The notes under the pieces are model-generated. The model was given only the letters and a program-made list of their open reading frames with translations. It had not been told where the DNA came from and did no database searches. This document shows positions 18,854 to 31,753 of a stretch of 64,000 nt of DNA, piece by piece. The stretch spans positions 22,772-86,771 of IMG/VR virus record IMGVR_UViG_3300025154_000065. The stretch is one strand, 5' to 3'. The DNA is from a virus. A program made the position numbers and the translations under genes. Positions within the stretch are counted from its first letter, which is position 1; every line of letters begins with the position of its first letter.

Positions 18854-19131
18854 TTCAAACCTCCATTCTGTTTTAGAGAATAAGAATATCCTAAGAATTT
18901 TCTACTTGAATCTAGAATTTTTGATCTAGTTATATATCCATTTCTTATTAATTCATTAAGAGTATTTCTAATACTTTTTTCTCCTTCTTTATTTACTTCT
19001 GATAATGATTTGATACTAAATTTAAATCCTTTAGGAAGGGAAGTCATCGTAAGAAATAAACCCTTCCCTTTTAAGGAGATATTTTTATCTGTGGCTATTT
19101 TTTCATATTCAATCATATGATTCTCTTTCAC
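18850..19131 (-). CDS. winged-HTH protein, paralogue of the initiator N-terminal domain
   Basis: ISLKGKGLFLTM.SLP...EGEKSIRNTLNELIRNGYI. Confidence 0.75.
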   Translation of the reverse strand: MKENHMIEYEKIATDKNISLKGKGLFLTMTSLPKGFKFSIKSLSEVNKEGEKSIRNTLNELIRNGYITRSKILDSSRKFLGYSYSLKQNGGLK

Positions 19132-19474
19132 TATATAATTTGTGAGCTTCTTTTATAGCATCTTCTTCATTTGTTGGAGAATCAAAAATAACACATATAT
19201 TGCTATCAAGTTTTATATCATCAATTTTTGTGATAATATATAAATATTTAGATTTGATTAGTTCATTAAATGCTTTTATAATATCTTTCTCTTTATCTGT
19301 TGTTAATTTTGATATGGTTTCAATGCTCCATTTTTGATAACCTTCTCTTGTTTTTATATAGGCATGAATATATTTTGCTAAACCAGATAAATTATTTTCA
19401 TAATCAAAGATCCTAGTATTAATTGCTTTCATTCTAAAAAGAAAATCATATTCTTTATTATGAAAATCTTTCAT
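19109..19474 (-). CDS. winged-HTH protein, paralogue of the initiator N-terminal domain
   Basis: LSGLAKYIHAYIKTREG...W...TDKEKDIIKAFNELIKSKYL. Confidence 0.75.
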   Translation of the reverse strand: MKDFHNKEYDFLFRMKAINTRIFDYENNLSGLAKYIHAYIKTREGYQKWSIETISKLTTDKEKDIIKAFNELIKSKYLYIITKIDDIKLDSNICVIFDSPTNEEDAIKEAHKLYSERESYD

Positions 19475-19620
19475 TTTATTTTATCCTTTCTGAAATAATT
19501 GGTTTTTGGCGTATCCCAATATGCCGACTTACATCTAGGGCATATTCTGACCTCTCTTTTTCTAGGAAGCCATTTATGCCCACATCTTAAACATTCTATG
19601 TAAACCAAATTAACAAGCAT
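19471..19620 (-). CDS. 49-aa zinc-ribbon protein (absent from the ORF track)
   Basis: MLVNLVYIECLRCGHKWLPRKREVRICPRCKSAYWDTPK...; AGGAG RBS; ATGA overlap with the next gene. Confidence 0.8.
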   Translation of the reverse strand: MLVNLVYIECLRCGHKWLPRKREVRICPRCKSAYWDTPKTNYFRKDKIK

Positions 19621-19638
19621 AGAATCTCCTTGTAACGT

Positions 19639-19666
19639 ATTATACATAAGTAAAATGTTTTGTCAA
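19639..19666 (-). promoter_or_regulatory. sigma70-type promoter for the replication operon
   Basis: TTGACA-N16-TATAAT, both hexamers perfect. Confidence 0.85.
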
Positions 19667-19795
19667 TAGGTTAAATGCTAAAAATTACCCAAATTTATGA
19701 AAAATTAGTAAAAGAAAATAAAGGAGATTTTACATTGATTAATAAACTCACCCTAGTAAGAGATTATACCATACTAGGGTGAGTTCTATGAGGGA

Positions 19796-20173
19796 TTATT
19801 TTTTACGTTTAGATTTAATAGCGTTATTTAGATGTTCAGAACCACTGGTAAAATTATCTAAATGCATTTTCAGGAAATATTCACATTTCTCACTACCAGA
19901 CATTGGACCATTACAAAATCTCATATAGTGACCATAGGCAGCCATTGATACATCAAAATCACAGAATGCTTTGAATAGATCAATACTGGATTTCTTTGAC
20001 ATTTCATATTCTGCTTTTGCATCAGCATATAGTTCTGTACTTTTACTATATGAGACGCTATTTTCAACAGCAGATCTGAATTTTATTAGTGATTTAATAG
20101 TTGAATTTTCATCAGCAAAAGCAATTGATGAAGTCAGGATTGTCAAAATAACGATTGATATCCTTAGTTTCAT
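19796..20173 (-). CDS. exported protein
   Basis: Signal peptide MKLRISIVILTILTSSIAFA. Confidence 0.65.
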   Translation of the reverse strand: MKLRISIVILTILTSSIAFADENSTIKSLIKFRSAVENSVSYSKSTELYADAKAEYEMSKKSSIDLFKAFCDFDVSMAAYGHYMRFCNGPMSGSEKCEYFLKMHLDNFTSGSEHLNNAIKSKRKK

Positions 20174-20231
20174 GATTCAACTCCTTTTATCTACCTGATA
20201 GATTAAATCTATCAGGTAGATATCAATACAT

Positions 20232-20816
20232 CTATTTCGTCATAACTGCTTTACTTTTTTCGAGTATTTTGATAGCTTCGTCTGTATTTACAATAGCCAG
20301 TCTAACAACAGGTTTTGCAAAATTCAAAGGTACTGTAGAAACAATATATTTCATATTGGTTTCAATATAAATGTCTTCAGGGGTAAATCCAAAAACACTA
20401 TCACCATTTGAACCATAACTTCCATCTTCTGCTGGCGAAGGCAGCGCAGATGATTCATAATGACCATAATTAGAACTCCATACAATTTGTTCTGTATTTG
20501 TTAGTTGACTATTAATAGAACTAACTTTATTGACCATGTAGTATCCAACAGGATCAGCAACTCCTTCAATAAATACATACATAAAGAAATTTATTGTTCT
20601 GTCATTTTGAAGTTTAAATCTCTTGATAAGATTATCTCTCTCAAGACTCCATGTAATTTTTGGAGGAGGTTGACGTTCAAGAAGTCCTCTCTGATTGTCT
20701 TCTGTCATTGATTGTTCTTGTTTGGCTGTTTTATTCTCATTCTCATCACAGCCTTTATTCCCCATCAAAATAAAGCACATCACAAAGATCAATCCTATTG
20801 AAGATATCTTTCTCAT
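20232..20816 (-). CDS. putative lipoprotein
   Basis: Hydrophobic leader ending ...LMGNKGC; PSPAEDGSYGSN motif. Confidence 0.6.
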   Translation of the reverse strand: MRKISSIGLIFVMCFILMGNKGCDENENKTAKQEQSMTEDNQRGLLERQPPPKITWSLERDNLIKRFKLQNDRTINFFMYVFIEGVADPVGYYMVNKVSSINSQLTNTEQIVWSSNYGHYESSALPSPAEDGSYGSNGDSVFGFTPEDIYIETNMKYIVSTVPLNFAKPVVRLAIVNTDEAIKILEKSKAVMTK

Positions 20817-20827
20817 TTAACTCTCCT

Positions 20828-21259
20828 TTAATAGTTTTCAAAATCATTAGTATTTAGTTGATAAGGAAGTTTGCCTGATTTCCACATAGACCTATTCCAC
20901 ATCTTACTTTTTGCATTGTATTCTTCAATCCACCTAGTCATTTGTTGCTTTTTATTGGTAATAAGAGCTTCTTTGCTGAATTGACTGAACATCTTATCTT
21001 CACTTGGAAGTGATTTAATTGTTGCCAAGTCTGAATTGATCTTAGCACAAGTGTTATAGATTTCTTGGAATTCCTCATATTTAATAATGGCATTGTCTAT
21101 AACAGTTGTTGATCTACTAAAGAACCAACCGATTCCAGACACAACAAATAAAAATGTTACAATCCAAATTAGATTTTTCTTAAAAAAGTTCACTTCTTCT
21201 CTCATTTCTTTGTCATAATTACCTTTGTACATTTGCCTTCCTTTCTTTATAATGGACAA
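20828..21259 (-). CDS. single-pass membrane protein, likely partner of the lipoprotein
   Basis: One TM helix followed by a coiled domain ending YNAKS.M.NR..W...LP. Confidence 0.6.
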   Translation of the reverse strand: MSIIKKGRQMYKGNYDKEMREEVNFFKKNLIWIVTFLFVVSGIGWFFSRSTTVIDNAIIKYEEFQEIYNTCAKINSDLATIKSLPSEDKMFSQFSKEALITNKKQQMTRWIEEYNAKSKMWNRSMWKSGKLPYQLNTNDFENY

Positions 21260-22614
21260 ATAATAGAATTCCTAAAGCACTCAAAATAGTTGTTTTAATT
21301 ATCGCAATAGTTTTCCAGTCAATATCTGATTTCATAAAAAGTAGTAGAATAGGATTTGCTTCCATTAATCCTAATTCAAAAAGAAGTTTTGATTGATATA
21401 CATCTAACAAATTATAGATGCATAGAGTAAAGAATAAGAACCATCCAATAAAGCTGGACATATAATCCTTTCTTTAATTACAATAAAATCTACTTTTAAA
21501 AACATCTTTTCTCTAAACGCTCTAGCAATGTTTCATTTATAAGACTACTCATTTTGAAAATAATGTACATAGCGAAGTCATCACCACCTTTTTTTTGAAT
21601 CATAGCTCCTATTAGCATCAACAAAATAGGAGCAAGAGACGATTCAGTTTCAGCTTGATCGACAATCTTTTCGAGTTCTTTTGCTATTTCAAAATCATTC
21701 ATATACATTCTCCTTTAAACCAATCAGGTTTTGGAAACCTATTTGTAAATATATACTTCTCAACTTCATCATAATCTACATCACTTGCTTCGGGCCAATT
21801 TTCATAGATATGATCTACGCTATCTGCATATGCAATTACAATAGCATAATCATCGCCTTCTCCAGATATCCAATAAGGATGTCTTATAGGCCAATGAATA
21901 GGTCTTGGATCTTCCAAGTTTGCTTTGAATCTTGCTCTAATCATAGATACTCTCCTTCTTCAAGAATTGGCTTAAATGCTTTTGCAATAATAACAATAGG
22001 ATTGTCCCAAGTTTCATCTGGTTCTGTTCTTTTGATTAACGCTTGTTTATACTCAACTTTTCTAATAACAAAATTAAGATTGTAATAGTTTATTCCTTTC
22101 CATCTTTTTAACATTTTAATAGCATCTTTTTTAAGAAAAACTAGACAAAATCCTTGTTTATGTGAAGTTGAATAGTCATTATTCCATTGTATTATATCAT
22201 CATTATCCTGATGATATCTTTCCTTATGATTTAACATTGGACAAAGGATTCCATCAGTATTTTTACTAAATATTTTCCATGCAGTACCACTTTCTTTAAT
22301 AGGAAATTCTTTAAAAGGTTTTTCTGGTCTGATCGCATTACATATATTTATCTCCTTATAGAGAAGCATTAATTACTTCATAATTAGCAAGTCTTGTTTT
22401 ATAAACAGGCCAATATTTTGGATAAACCCTTCTAATAACTCGGACTGCTAGTAAATTTTGTAGGCTATGTATTGCGTCAACAAAATCACGCATTTCATCA
22501 GGATGTTGTCTTTCCATTTCTATAAATACACCATAAGCATCCATTAGATATTGCATACATTTTTCTTCATCTTCTGTAAAACCAGAAATATTATTTATTT
22601 CCATTTATTTTCTC

Positions 22615-24044
22615 CTAAATCCATCCTAAACGAGAATACGTCTGTATTCTCGACACTGTATGTTGAGAAAGATGTGGTCCAATATCAAGACAATCTCCAA
22701 TCATTGCTTGATCCTTTCCTTCAACCTTCCTCAAAGCTCTACCAGCAGCTTGTATCAATGCCATCTCACTTTCACCACCACCTGCAATAAATATTCCTCC
22801 AAGTGTTGGGATGTTAATTCCTTCTCTCCAAATTACAGAAGCAACAACTAAGTCAATATCAAAGTTGTTCAATTTAGCCTTTACTTCATCTCTAGTAACT
22901 TGGAAAGTATCTCCATGTACATATTCAACTAAAAATCCCTCTTCTTTTGCTAATGAGTAAAGTATTTCGCCATGGTCTCTCCTTGTGATAAAAATGATAG
23001 AAGTCAATCCTTTATTTGCCCATTGAATAACCTTTTCAATAATAAGTCGATTCCTTAGTTTGTTTTCAACAATTCCCTGTTGATATTCTTCCTTATAATT
23101 TCTCAATCGACTTATAGCTTTATTCTCGGGGACACAAATTAGTTCTACCCTTGGTTCTGACAAAATCCCCATATCCATTGCCTCATCAAAAGTTATAAGT
23201 GAAATAACAGGACCAAGCAATCCTTCAATGTTCAATAGCTTTGCTTGATCCGTAAAGTAGCTGTAAATCCTAATCGTACAGGCGCAAGACATTTACTGAG
23301 TATCTTTTCATAGGACGAACCTTCATTTGGCATTGATTTTTTTGACTTTGATTTTTGAGGATTGGGAGAAAATGCAAGATGCGCTTCGTCGATAATAACT
23401 ACATCAAAATAATCAGCAAGTTCTATCAAATCCTGTCTAACATAGGTTTGTACATTAGACACAACTATTTTACCATAAATGTTTTTATCTCCACCTGTTA
23501 ATACACAAATGTCTTTAAAAAGGAAGCGTTTTAGCTCAGAATGCCATTGTGAGACAAGTTGAGTATTAGGACAAAGTATAAGAGTTTTATATCCTTCGAA
23601 TGCTTTTATAATAGACATTGCCAAAATTGATTTTCCACTTCCGGTCGGCTGTTGTATCACTCCCCTGATTGGGTCAGAAGTCAACACCCGATTTAAGGCC
23701 ACGAATTGGTCGTTTTGACGGAGGCTCTCGAAGCCGGGTACTTGGGGCAATAAAGCCCCTTTCGTTGGCTTCACGGCCTCATTAACGGCCTTATATGCGG
23801 GATTATAATCTATGCTGACAGTGTGCCCTTCGGCCTCTGCTTTGGCTCGAAGTTTTTGCAATAATCCAGTATAAAATATTCCTCCAGGTTTAACAATTGT
23901 CTTTCTTTTGGTTTCTGCAACTATGCGATATTGCCCTTGCCGAAATATTTCCACGGGATACGACAGGAGGATTTTTGTTTCTGAAAGCCCTTTTAGAATT
24001 TTACATTCTATAGGTGATTTGACATAGATTTTTATTTCTGCCAT
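22615..24044 (-). pseudogene. SF2 (UvsW/Rad25-like) helicase with a 1-nt frameshift near 23251
   Basis: PTGSGKS, DEAH and GFTAT in one frame; EGINIP and QAAGRALR in the other; restoring one C gives TATLPDQAK. Confidence 0.85.
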
Positions 24045-27000
24045 AAGATTCCTTTATTCTGGATCGTATCCATTCGCTAATTTCCTTAATTTTTCTGCCA
24101 AATTTCTATTTTTGTATCTCTCTATTCTTCTTATAATAGATAAACTGATATCTACTATAAGGTTTATCAAGAATCTTTTTGATTCATATATTAGCATTTC
24201 ATTCTCCTTATATCTTCTTTTTGCAACAAGGACAGATATCTGTTTCAGTTGTTATTCTTTTGACTCCGGCACCAAGATTATAAATTTTAAATGGAATTTT
24301 ATATTTATCCAACATAGTAATTAGCCATTGAGATGTTTTATTAAAACTAATTGTTTCATCTATCATTTTTCCTTGGAAAATGTTTCTTTGCATTTTATCA
24401 ACCCATTTTTGATTCACAGTCATCGCCATAATATTCTCCTTTTACATATATGTTAATATATAAATGACTAATAGTTCAATAGCTATTAGTCCAAGTATTA
24501 TCCATAGATAATCTTCAGGTTGAAACATTATAATATTCTCCTTTTACATATCTATTTCATAACAAAAAGATTTAATCTCATTAAAGAGTTTATCTATCTT
24601 ACCGGGTTTTACTTTCAATACATCAACAACTAATTTCTTAATATTCTTTTTTGTTATTCTATGTTTTGTTTTACCAATTCTTGAGTAAAGGATTTTTCCA
24701 TGCTTTCCTTGGCGCCAATCATGAGGTGTTGATTCTAATATAATCATAATGAGTTTTTTAGCATTGTCAGAAAGATTATTCCAGAGTTCTTTTTTGATTA
24801 GAAGTTGATGTTGATTTAATTTATTGCATGGAAGGATATCTATGTTTTCTTCGTTTTCGTCTATGAGTGTTTTACATGAGATGATAGGATCACATAAAGC
24901 AGTCTTCATTTTAAGGAATGGATTTTTGTCATCAGCTTCTCTTATTGTTATAAGCAATTTTTTCCAAGATAGTTCTTGTTTATTTATAAGATCTTCTAAT
25001 TCTTGATCTTCCATAGAACAAAGACGATCTCGTTTTACTCGTCTTATTTCTTGTAAAGATCTTTCCCATGATATTTTACCAGATTGGACCAATCCTTCTA
25101 TTTCGGTATAAAGACACATAGATACCCTCCTATGTATTTATAATTTTTCTTCTTATTTTCTCTAAATTGCCAGAGTAGAGAAATATTATTTTACCATTCT
25201 TTTTAAGAAAATAGTTCAATATATTTTCTCCCCATAAAAAAATTATGATATCTTCAATGTCATTTACTATTTTTACATGATATGATTTTATATTTATAAT
25301 TTCATATATATCTACTTGTTTATTTGTTTGATCCATAGATATCCAGTAATTATTAGATACTTCTCGGTTTTTAACCGTGGTTATTTTAACTTTAAAATCA
25401 TCTGCTGGAGATTTATTAATATTGAAAATAGGATTATGATCAGGATATTTTTTAGTTTTAGTTATTACAATGATATTTCTACCTTTTATTAGATCGGTGA
25501 GTTTTTTAAATTCATCTTCTCGATTCATATTTATCTCCTTGTTATAGGGGAATAATAACAAATTTTGGTCTTTTCCATTTACATATAATAGAGTTATACC
25601 CATGAAATTCCATAACTTCTGCAATCATCCGTTCTGCTTCTTCTCGATCAATATAATCTTTAGGAGAATAGATAGTAGGCATATCTTTATAATCATTGTG
25701 AATATAGATATAGATTTTATTATTATTGATGGATTCCAAAGCATCTTCCGTTTGTTTTAGATAAGAAAGAATTCCATCTTCTTTTAATTCTAATTCAATT
25801 TGATAATTTCTCTCAAGATCATTTTTAGAACATAAACAAGGACTAAGATAGTATTTCTTTCTTCCAGGTTTATCAGTCCATGATAGATAAACATCTTCCC
25901 AAGGAGGTTGATATGTTTTATTAATACCGATAGGACCATAACATTTTACAGTGATTTTCTTAGGCATTTTTATTCCTCTGTTATTGTAATTATTTCACCT
26001 TTAACAGTGGTAGTATCAGGCCATAAAATTCCTGTACATGGAGAGATAAATTTATTCTTGTTGTAACTTATTATATCTTCTCTAAGACATTCAATAGCTT
26101 TGTTTTTATTATTGTAAGATTTTGAAATTATTAAAAGATGTCCATATTGATCATAAATTTCATATTGAAATCCTGAAAAATTATTTGCGTCAATAACTTT
26201 ATAATCTTTTATAGGAATAATTTCTGGAGTTCTAAATTCTCCTTTCCATCCACAATAGCAATATTGTTGAAGTTTGCGATCTTTAACCCATTTATCGAAT
26301 AGACGATCAGAATTACAGATAGGGCATTTATTATACCTCATTTTATTCCTCCGTTATTTGTACTCTTCTAAACGTCTTCTTTGCCAATTCAGCTTTATTT
26401 TTTGCAAAGATAGATTTGAGAGAATGACATTGTGCTTTATGATTCTCGCAATCTTCATATTGTTGCCGGATTTCACACATATTGAATGTAATTCTTTGAC
26501 AACAATTATCGCACCAAAAATATTTAGCTTGTTTAAAAACAATACAAGCAATTGTATCAGGATTAACCTGTTCAATAATCTCAGGACATAAACGCCAATA
26601 TCTAAATTTCTTTTTCTTTTCTTCTGACAAAGAAGGTATTTCTTCCTTTCCTCTCATTATTGCTTCTTCATAATGAAGACAATAACGACATAGTATTGCA
26701 TCAGTATCAATTCCTGTCAATTTATTCTTCGCCATCAGGATTATCCTTTTTTGCTTTTCTTCTAGCTACTTTTTGAATAGCTCTACAAATCATACATAAA
26801 CTTTTTTGATTCTTCTCAAATTTCTTTGGTTCTGTTTCTCCACATTTTTTACATAAGTAAGGTTTGGGTTGTCTACCTCTTTTCTTTTTAATCTGTTCTG
26901 GAATTACAACCTCTATTCCAGAATTAATAGAACCCTGTTTACAATTGAGACATTTGGAATAATCAATTTTAAATCCAAATGAAGATAAAGGATTCGTTCT

Positions 27001-27119
27001 AGGTGGATCTTTTGCGTATGATTGCATTTTAGCACATGTTTCGGGAAGAAGCTTTGCATTTAATTTATCACAATAGAATAATCTATCCACAATTTCTGGA
27101 TTACTCACAGTCATATAGT

Positions 27120-27434
27120 TTACTTTCTATTGATTAATTGTTTATATTCTTCATACATTTTTTGTACAGTTGTATGGCTGATATTCCCAATACAATCGGC
27201 GATAGAATGCCAACTTAAATTATCTTTATCTCTGAACTGAACTATCTTTTTAAGTTGTTGATCCTTTTTGGTTTTAGAGAATCCATTATTGATTAGCCGA
27301 GCCTTTCTGAATGCTCGATTTAAGGATTGTTTGATTTGACCTAGCTGATTGAAAGGAATGCTTTTGTATTTTGATAATTCTTCTTTAAATAATTCTTTGA
27401 TGAGATTTGCTTGTTTATCTGTTATGTTACTCAT
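27120..27434 (-). CDS. HTH DNA-binding protein
   Basis: LSWHSIADCIGNISHTTVQKMY. Confidence 0.55.
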   Translation of the reverse strand: MSNITDKQANLIKELFKEELSKYKSIPFNQLGQIKQSLNRAFRKARLINNGFSKTKKDQQLKKIVQFRDKDNLSWHSIADCIGNISHTTVQKMYEEYKQLINRK

Positions 27435-27900
27435 CCATCTTTCTCTTCCTTTTCTGAGTTCTCAAGGGAATATTCATGAGTTCCATCCAATAAAGTTTGA
27501 AACATATTTATCATGGCTTGGAGATGAGCCTTGGGCCAATCTCGGTATGCCCAACCACAAGTACAAGGGGTGTTCCAACATTTTGGACAATCAGACATTG
27601 ACATTTTCTTTCTCCTCTTTATGAAGAGTCTCGTATTCTGCCATCGTGCCAATTTTATTTCCTGTACCACATTTAATACAAACAAATCCTTTTTGCATTG
27701 CTGTAATATTATCTTGTTTTGTCGGATTCTTTGGATGTAATGCAGATAGTTTTCTAAGATTAATTACTTGAGAGAAATCTTCGCTTCCACAATTTAGACA
27801 AACCAATGCTTCGGTATCTTTTATATCAATCATAATAGTTTGATTTCCTGAATTGTCTTTATGAATTTCATACCCCATCTTCTTAGCAATTGACAAAGGA

Positions 27901-28446
27901 TTATTCTTTGACTGACCCATTATTATTCTCCTTAAATAATTTATAGCGTTCAAGTATTATATTCATAGATTGTGGATATCCATTGTGTAAATGTACTGCC
28001 ACATTATAATTTTGTGAAATTCCAAGAAAAACATCGTTGTGGTTATGCCCATGGACGTTCAAATAGAAATCACCACGGCATGGAACATGACTCAATAAAA
28101 TCTTTTGCTTTTTTCCATCAACTGGCACTTTCAATAGAATAGGATCTTTGACTACTTCATGAAATCCTGCTCGTCTATACCAATTGATTCCATGTTCGTC
28201 ATGATTGCCACATATCAAGATTTTTCTTTTACCTTTCAATCTCCTTAGTATTTTTTGTACAGAATTGATATGAGTATATTGCGATATAAAATCTCCTAAA
28301 TGATAGACTGTATCTTTTGGTTCAATAAGATAATTCCATTTTACTATATAATCATTAACCATTTCTTCCATTGAAGAATAAGGACGTTTATCAATTTTTA
28401 TGATATTCTTTTCTAATAGATGATGATCGCTTGTGAACCAGAGCAT
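27901..28446 (-). CDS. calcineurin-like metallophosphoesterase
   Basis: SDHH, LGD, GNHD, SH, HGHNH. Confidence 0.9.
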   Translation of the reverse strand: MLWFTSDHHLLEKNIIKIDKRPYSSMEEMVNDYIVKWNYLIEPKDTVYHLGDFISQYTHINSVQKILRRLKGKRKILICGNHDEHGINWYRRAGFHEVVKDPILLKVPVDGKKQKILLSHVPCRGDFYLNVHGHNHNDVFLGISQNYNVAVHLHNGYPQSMNIILERYKLFKENNNGSVKE

Positions 28447-29875
28447 GATTTATCCTTATATTAGTATCTCCCTTAGTAAAATCCTCTCGCCATAGATATA
28501 GACGAGAGGATTGATTTAGTCAATTTAATACACAATATTGTGTATTATACCACATTTATTTACATTCTTTAACAATCTTTTTCGTCAACTTCTACTTCGG
28601 CAATAAATGCTATATCTGTCTCTCTTTTAAAGATTTCTTCTTTGCTGTCAAATAAAGACATTTTCATTCCATGACCATGCGCCATTATGACCGAAGGAGA
28701 GTCATAAAATCCAGCTACATATTTCTTTACCTTTCTTTTAGGCATTGGTGGATCTATGTACTCAGGTTTTGACCAGAACAATGTAGGCATACCTTGACCA
28801 TCCAGGGTATGATATCCATCTATAGTAAAAGTAAAAATATTCAGATTGGGACCGTCTGTTATAATTGTTATAGGACATGTATGATATGTATACATAACTT
28901 CAATAATAGCATTTGTTTCTCCTATTTTAACATCAGGTCCAAATGCACAAAATACTCGATCACCAATTTTTGCTTTTGAGAAATCAGCCATTGTATTATT
29001 CCTTTTCTATTTCTTCGTTAATAATTTTGTTAATGATTTTATGACCAAACTTTCTTCCTCTTTCTTCTGCTTCTTCTTTAGCTGTTTCAAAACATGCTTT
29101 TTTATAAGCAATTTTTATCGTTGCAATTTCTCTTTGAGAGAATGCAAAATTATTAATAAATTCTTCATCTATAATCTTTTCAAGAATAGATTGAATGTGA
29201 GGTTGTATTAGTTTGTATAGAGAATTATTTTTATGTTCGTAAGAATACGAAAGTTCAAATTTTTTACCCCAAGTATCATATCTTAACCCTGTTTCTGCGG
29301 CTATAATTTGATTAAGTGCATCAGATCCAATAATTGTTTCCATTTGTTTACTGATTTTATCTTCCGTCATACCTGACAGAATCCTATCCCTATTGCTTTT
29401 TATCCATTTACGAATTTGATCTTCGCTAGGAATATTGCTCATTTTATTCCTCCATCATATTGAGTTCATCAGTTATCTCTCTAAATACCCTAACTTTACG
29501 AATACTAATTTCTTCTAGTGATACCTCATTGAATACATTTGAAGAATAACACAATTTACCTTTACTATTTTTAAATATGTTTTCGACGAAAGTATCAAGG
29601 AAGAAGTTATCTATGAGAATATAAAATCCTCTATCCATTGCATATTGCAATTTTTTGATTTGTTCTTTAGTCATATCAATCCTCCTTCAAAACATCTATA
29701 TCTGTTTTGATGTCTACATACTGTAGTGGTCCATCAAGAAATGTAATTTTTAATCGGTATTCATCTTCTCCGTAATAATTTTCTAATTCTATATGACAGT
29801 GACATAGAATTGGTTCTTTACCTTTAAGTTCGTTAATAGAAATAATAGATATTTCATTAAACATAATTATTTTCC

Positions 29876-31753
29876 TTAATTTATTAATTGTTTGGCATTT
29901 GTTTTTATCTTAGCCGCAAAATCACGACCACCTAAAACTGCCGCAATATCTTTTATATTTGCATTCGCAACTTCTTCAATATTGTGAAAACCAGCATTGT
30001 ATAGTAATTTGGCTCGCTTGCCGCCTATCTTTGGAATCTTTACTAATTGAACCATATTTTCGTCGATCCCATAGATAATGCGATCAGGCAATATTTTCCA
30101 TAAATCATCTTTTCCCCACCTAGAGAAGCGGGAATCTATCATGGAAATTGCTTGGACACAGCGTTCGATATCATATCTCACAGTACGCATCAATGGCGCA
30201 ATTGCTCCTTTCATTTCATCGCCTTTAAGAAGAGAGTAAGTTGCAAGAATAAAATGTCCATTGAATCCATTTGATTCTATCCCTCTATTTCTAAGCTTCC
30301 ATTGTATTTCTGAAACTTCTGCCGACAATTCCTTCGGGGTGTAGTTCCATGTATACTCTGGTCTATTCGCCAATGCCCAAGACAGCGTGTAATCATCAAG
30401 TTCTATTTCATTTTTAAAGATTTTGTTGAAATTGACGTAAAATGCATAAATATCGTAGGGAGATATGTACAACCAAGAACTGATCTGACCTAGATTTGTT
30501 ATATTATAACTAAAATTCCCGTCGGCGCTTTCAACCATTGACATTCTTTCCAAATCCGAAAACAATCCCTCTGCATCATCTAATGTAAAATCTTGATTTT
30601 GAAGGAATGCTAATGATCTTTGATACCATTGTAGCATTTGTTTTGCATTTCTAATATTCCCAGTGCTGATTTCTGCCAAGGTATGGAAGGCAAGTATTCT
30701 ATGATCGTTTAATACAGAATCAACATCTCTAGGATTTTTGAATACTTCTTCCCAATGAGATTTAGAACCATAAGGAATGATAAGATTTACAAATCCAGCA
30801 TCATCAATACCGTAGCGTCCCGCTCTGCCCGAAGCCTGCGCTATATCCATAGAATCTACTTCTTGCATACCTCTGTGAATACCTGTTATAATACAATTGC
30901 GTGCAGGTGTGTTACATCCCCACGCAAGTGTATTCGTGGATACTAATACTCTTAATCCTCCTTGTCTATTTTTAAATGAATCTTCTATTTCTTTACGATC
31001 CTCAAAATCAAGATCGGCATTATGGAATAATGCATCTTCGCCTAATTGTTTTAATTCGTGTACAATCTTTCTTCCTGTTCCTTTGTCCCAAACAAAAATA
31101 AGGTATTTTTCATCAGGTTTTTCCATAGCAGTTTGTACAGCGGTATCAATTTTTATCTTTTGAGTCGCTTGATAGTCCATTCTTCCGTAAGAAGATATTG
31201 CTGTATTATATTGAATATAATTCATTTGAAGTTGAACTGGACGCCAATTGCAATTAATAATTTCTGTCTTCTTCCCATTAAGTCGAGTTGTCCACTCTCC
31301 TAGTTCTGATACATTGGGCATGGTAGCACTGAGAAGTAATATTCTTGCATGTGGATTAATTTGAGAGAAACGCATGATTCCTACTTCTACTGCTGGACCG
31401 CGATCCATTGCAAGGATATGACTCTCATCGACAATCAGTAATCCTACATTGAGAAGCCATGTATATTTCTCTGATTTCATTTTACGAGTTACTGAATCAA
31501 GTAATTCAGATGTGGTAATGATGATATCAGAAGTTGCAGCTTCGGCCATTTGTTTTGCTCTAACTTTTTCATTGTAAAGAGTATCGCCTGTAAGCATAAG
31601 GACTTTGTGATTAGGGAAGCGTTTATCCCATTCTTGTTTCTTCTCGCTCCCGAGTGCTTTCAAAGGAGCCATATATAAACATTTATTTCTAAAATATCCA
31701 TCATCTGGTTTGTATTCTTTGAGATCTTGTTTTATAAATTCTCTTCTACTCAT
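29876..31753 (-). CDS. Hel308/Ski2-like helicase, C-terminal part (motif Ia onward)
   Basis: YMAPLKAL, DESH, LSAT, FHNA, TLAWG.N.PA, QASGRAGRYG, winged helix and C-terminal HhH; no Walker A. Confidence 0.88.
   Translation of the reverse strand: MSRREFIKQDLKEYKPDDGYFRNKCLYMAPLKALGSEKKQEWDKRFPNHKVLMLTGDTLYNEKVRAKQMAEAATSDIIITTSELLDSVTRKMKSEKYTWLLNVGLLIVDESHILAMDRGPAVEVGIMRFSQINPHARILLLSATMPNVSELGEWTTRLNGKKTEIINCNWRPVQLQMNYIQYNTAISSYGRMDYQATQKIKIDTAVQTAMEKPDEKYLIFVWDKGTGRKIVHELKQLGEDALFHNADLDFEDRKEIEDSFKNRQGGLRVLVSTNTLAWGCNTPARNCIITGIHRGMQEVDSMDIAQASGRAGRYGIDDAGFVNLIIPYGSKSHWEEVFKNPRDVDSVLNDHRILAFHTLAEISTGNIRNAKQMLQWYQRSLAFLQNQDFTLDDAEGLFSDLERMSMVESADGNFSYNITNLGQISSWLYISPYDIYAFYVNFNKIFKNEIELDDYTLSWALANRPEYTWNYTPKELSAEVSEIQWKLRNRGIESNGFNGHFILATYSLLKGDEMKGAIAPLMRTVRYDIERCVQAISMIDSRFSRWGKDDLWKILPDRIIYGIDENMVQLVKIPKIGGKRAKLLYNAGFHNIEEVANANIKDIAAVLGGRDFAAKIKTNAKQLIN

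Noticed and set aside
20189-20221. Near-perfect palindrome ATCTACCTGATAGATT-A-AATCTATCAGGTAGAT (also hairpins at 19746-19785 and 28481-28512)
   Set aside because: Single intergenic hairpins, adequately explained as terminators or operators
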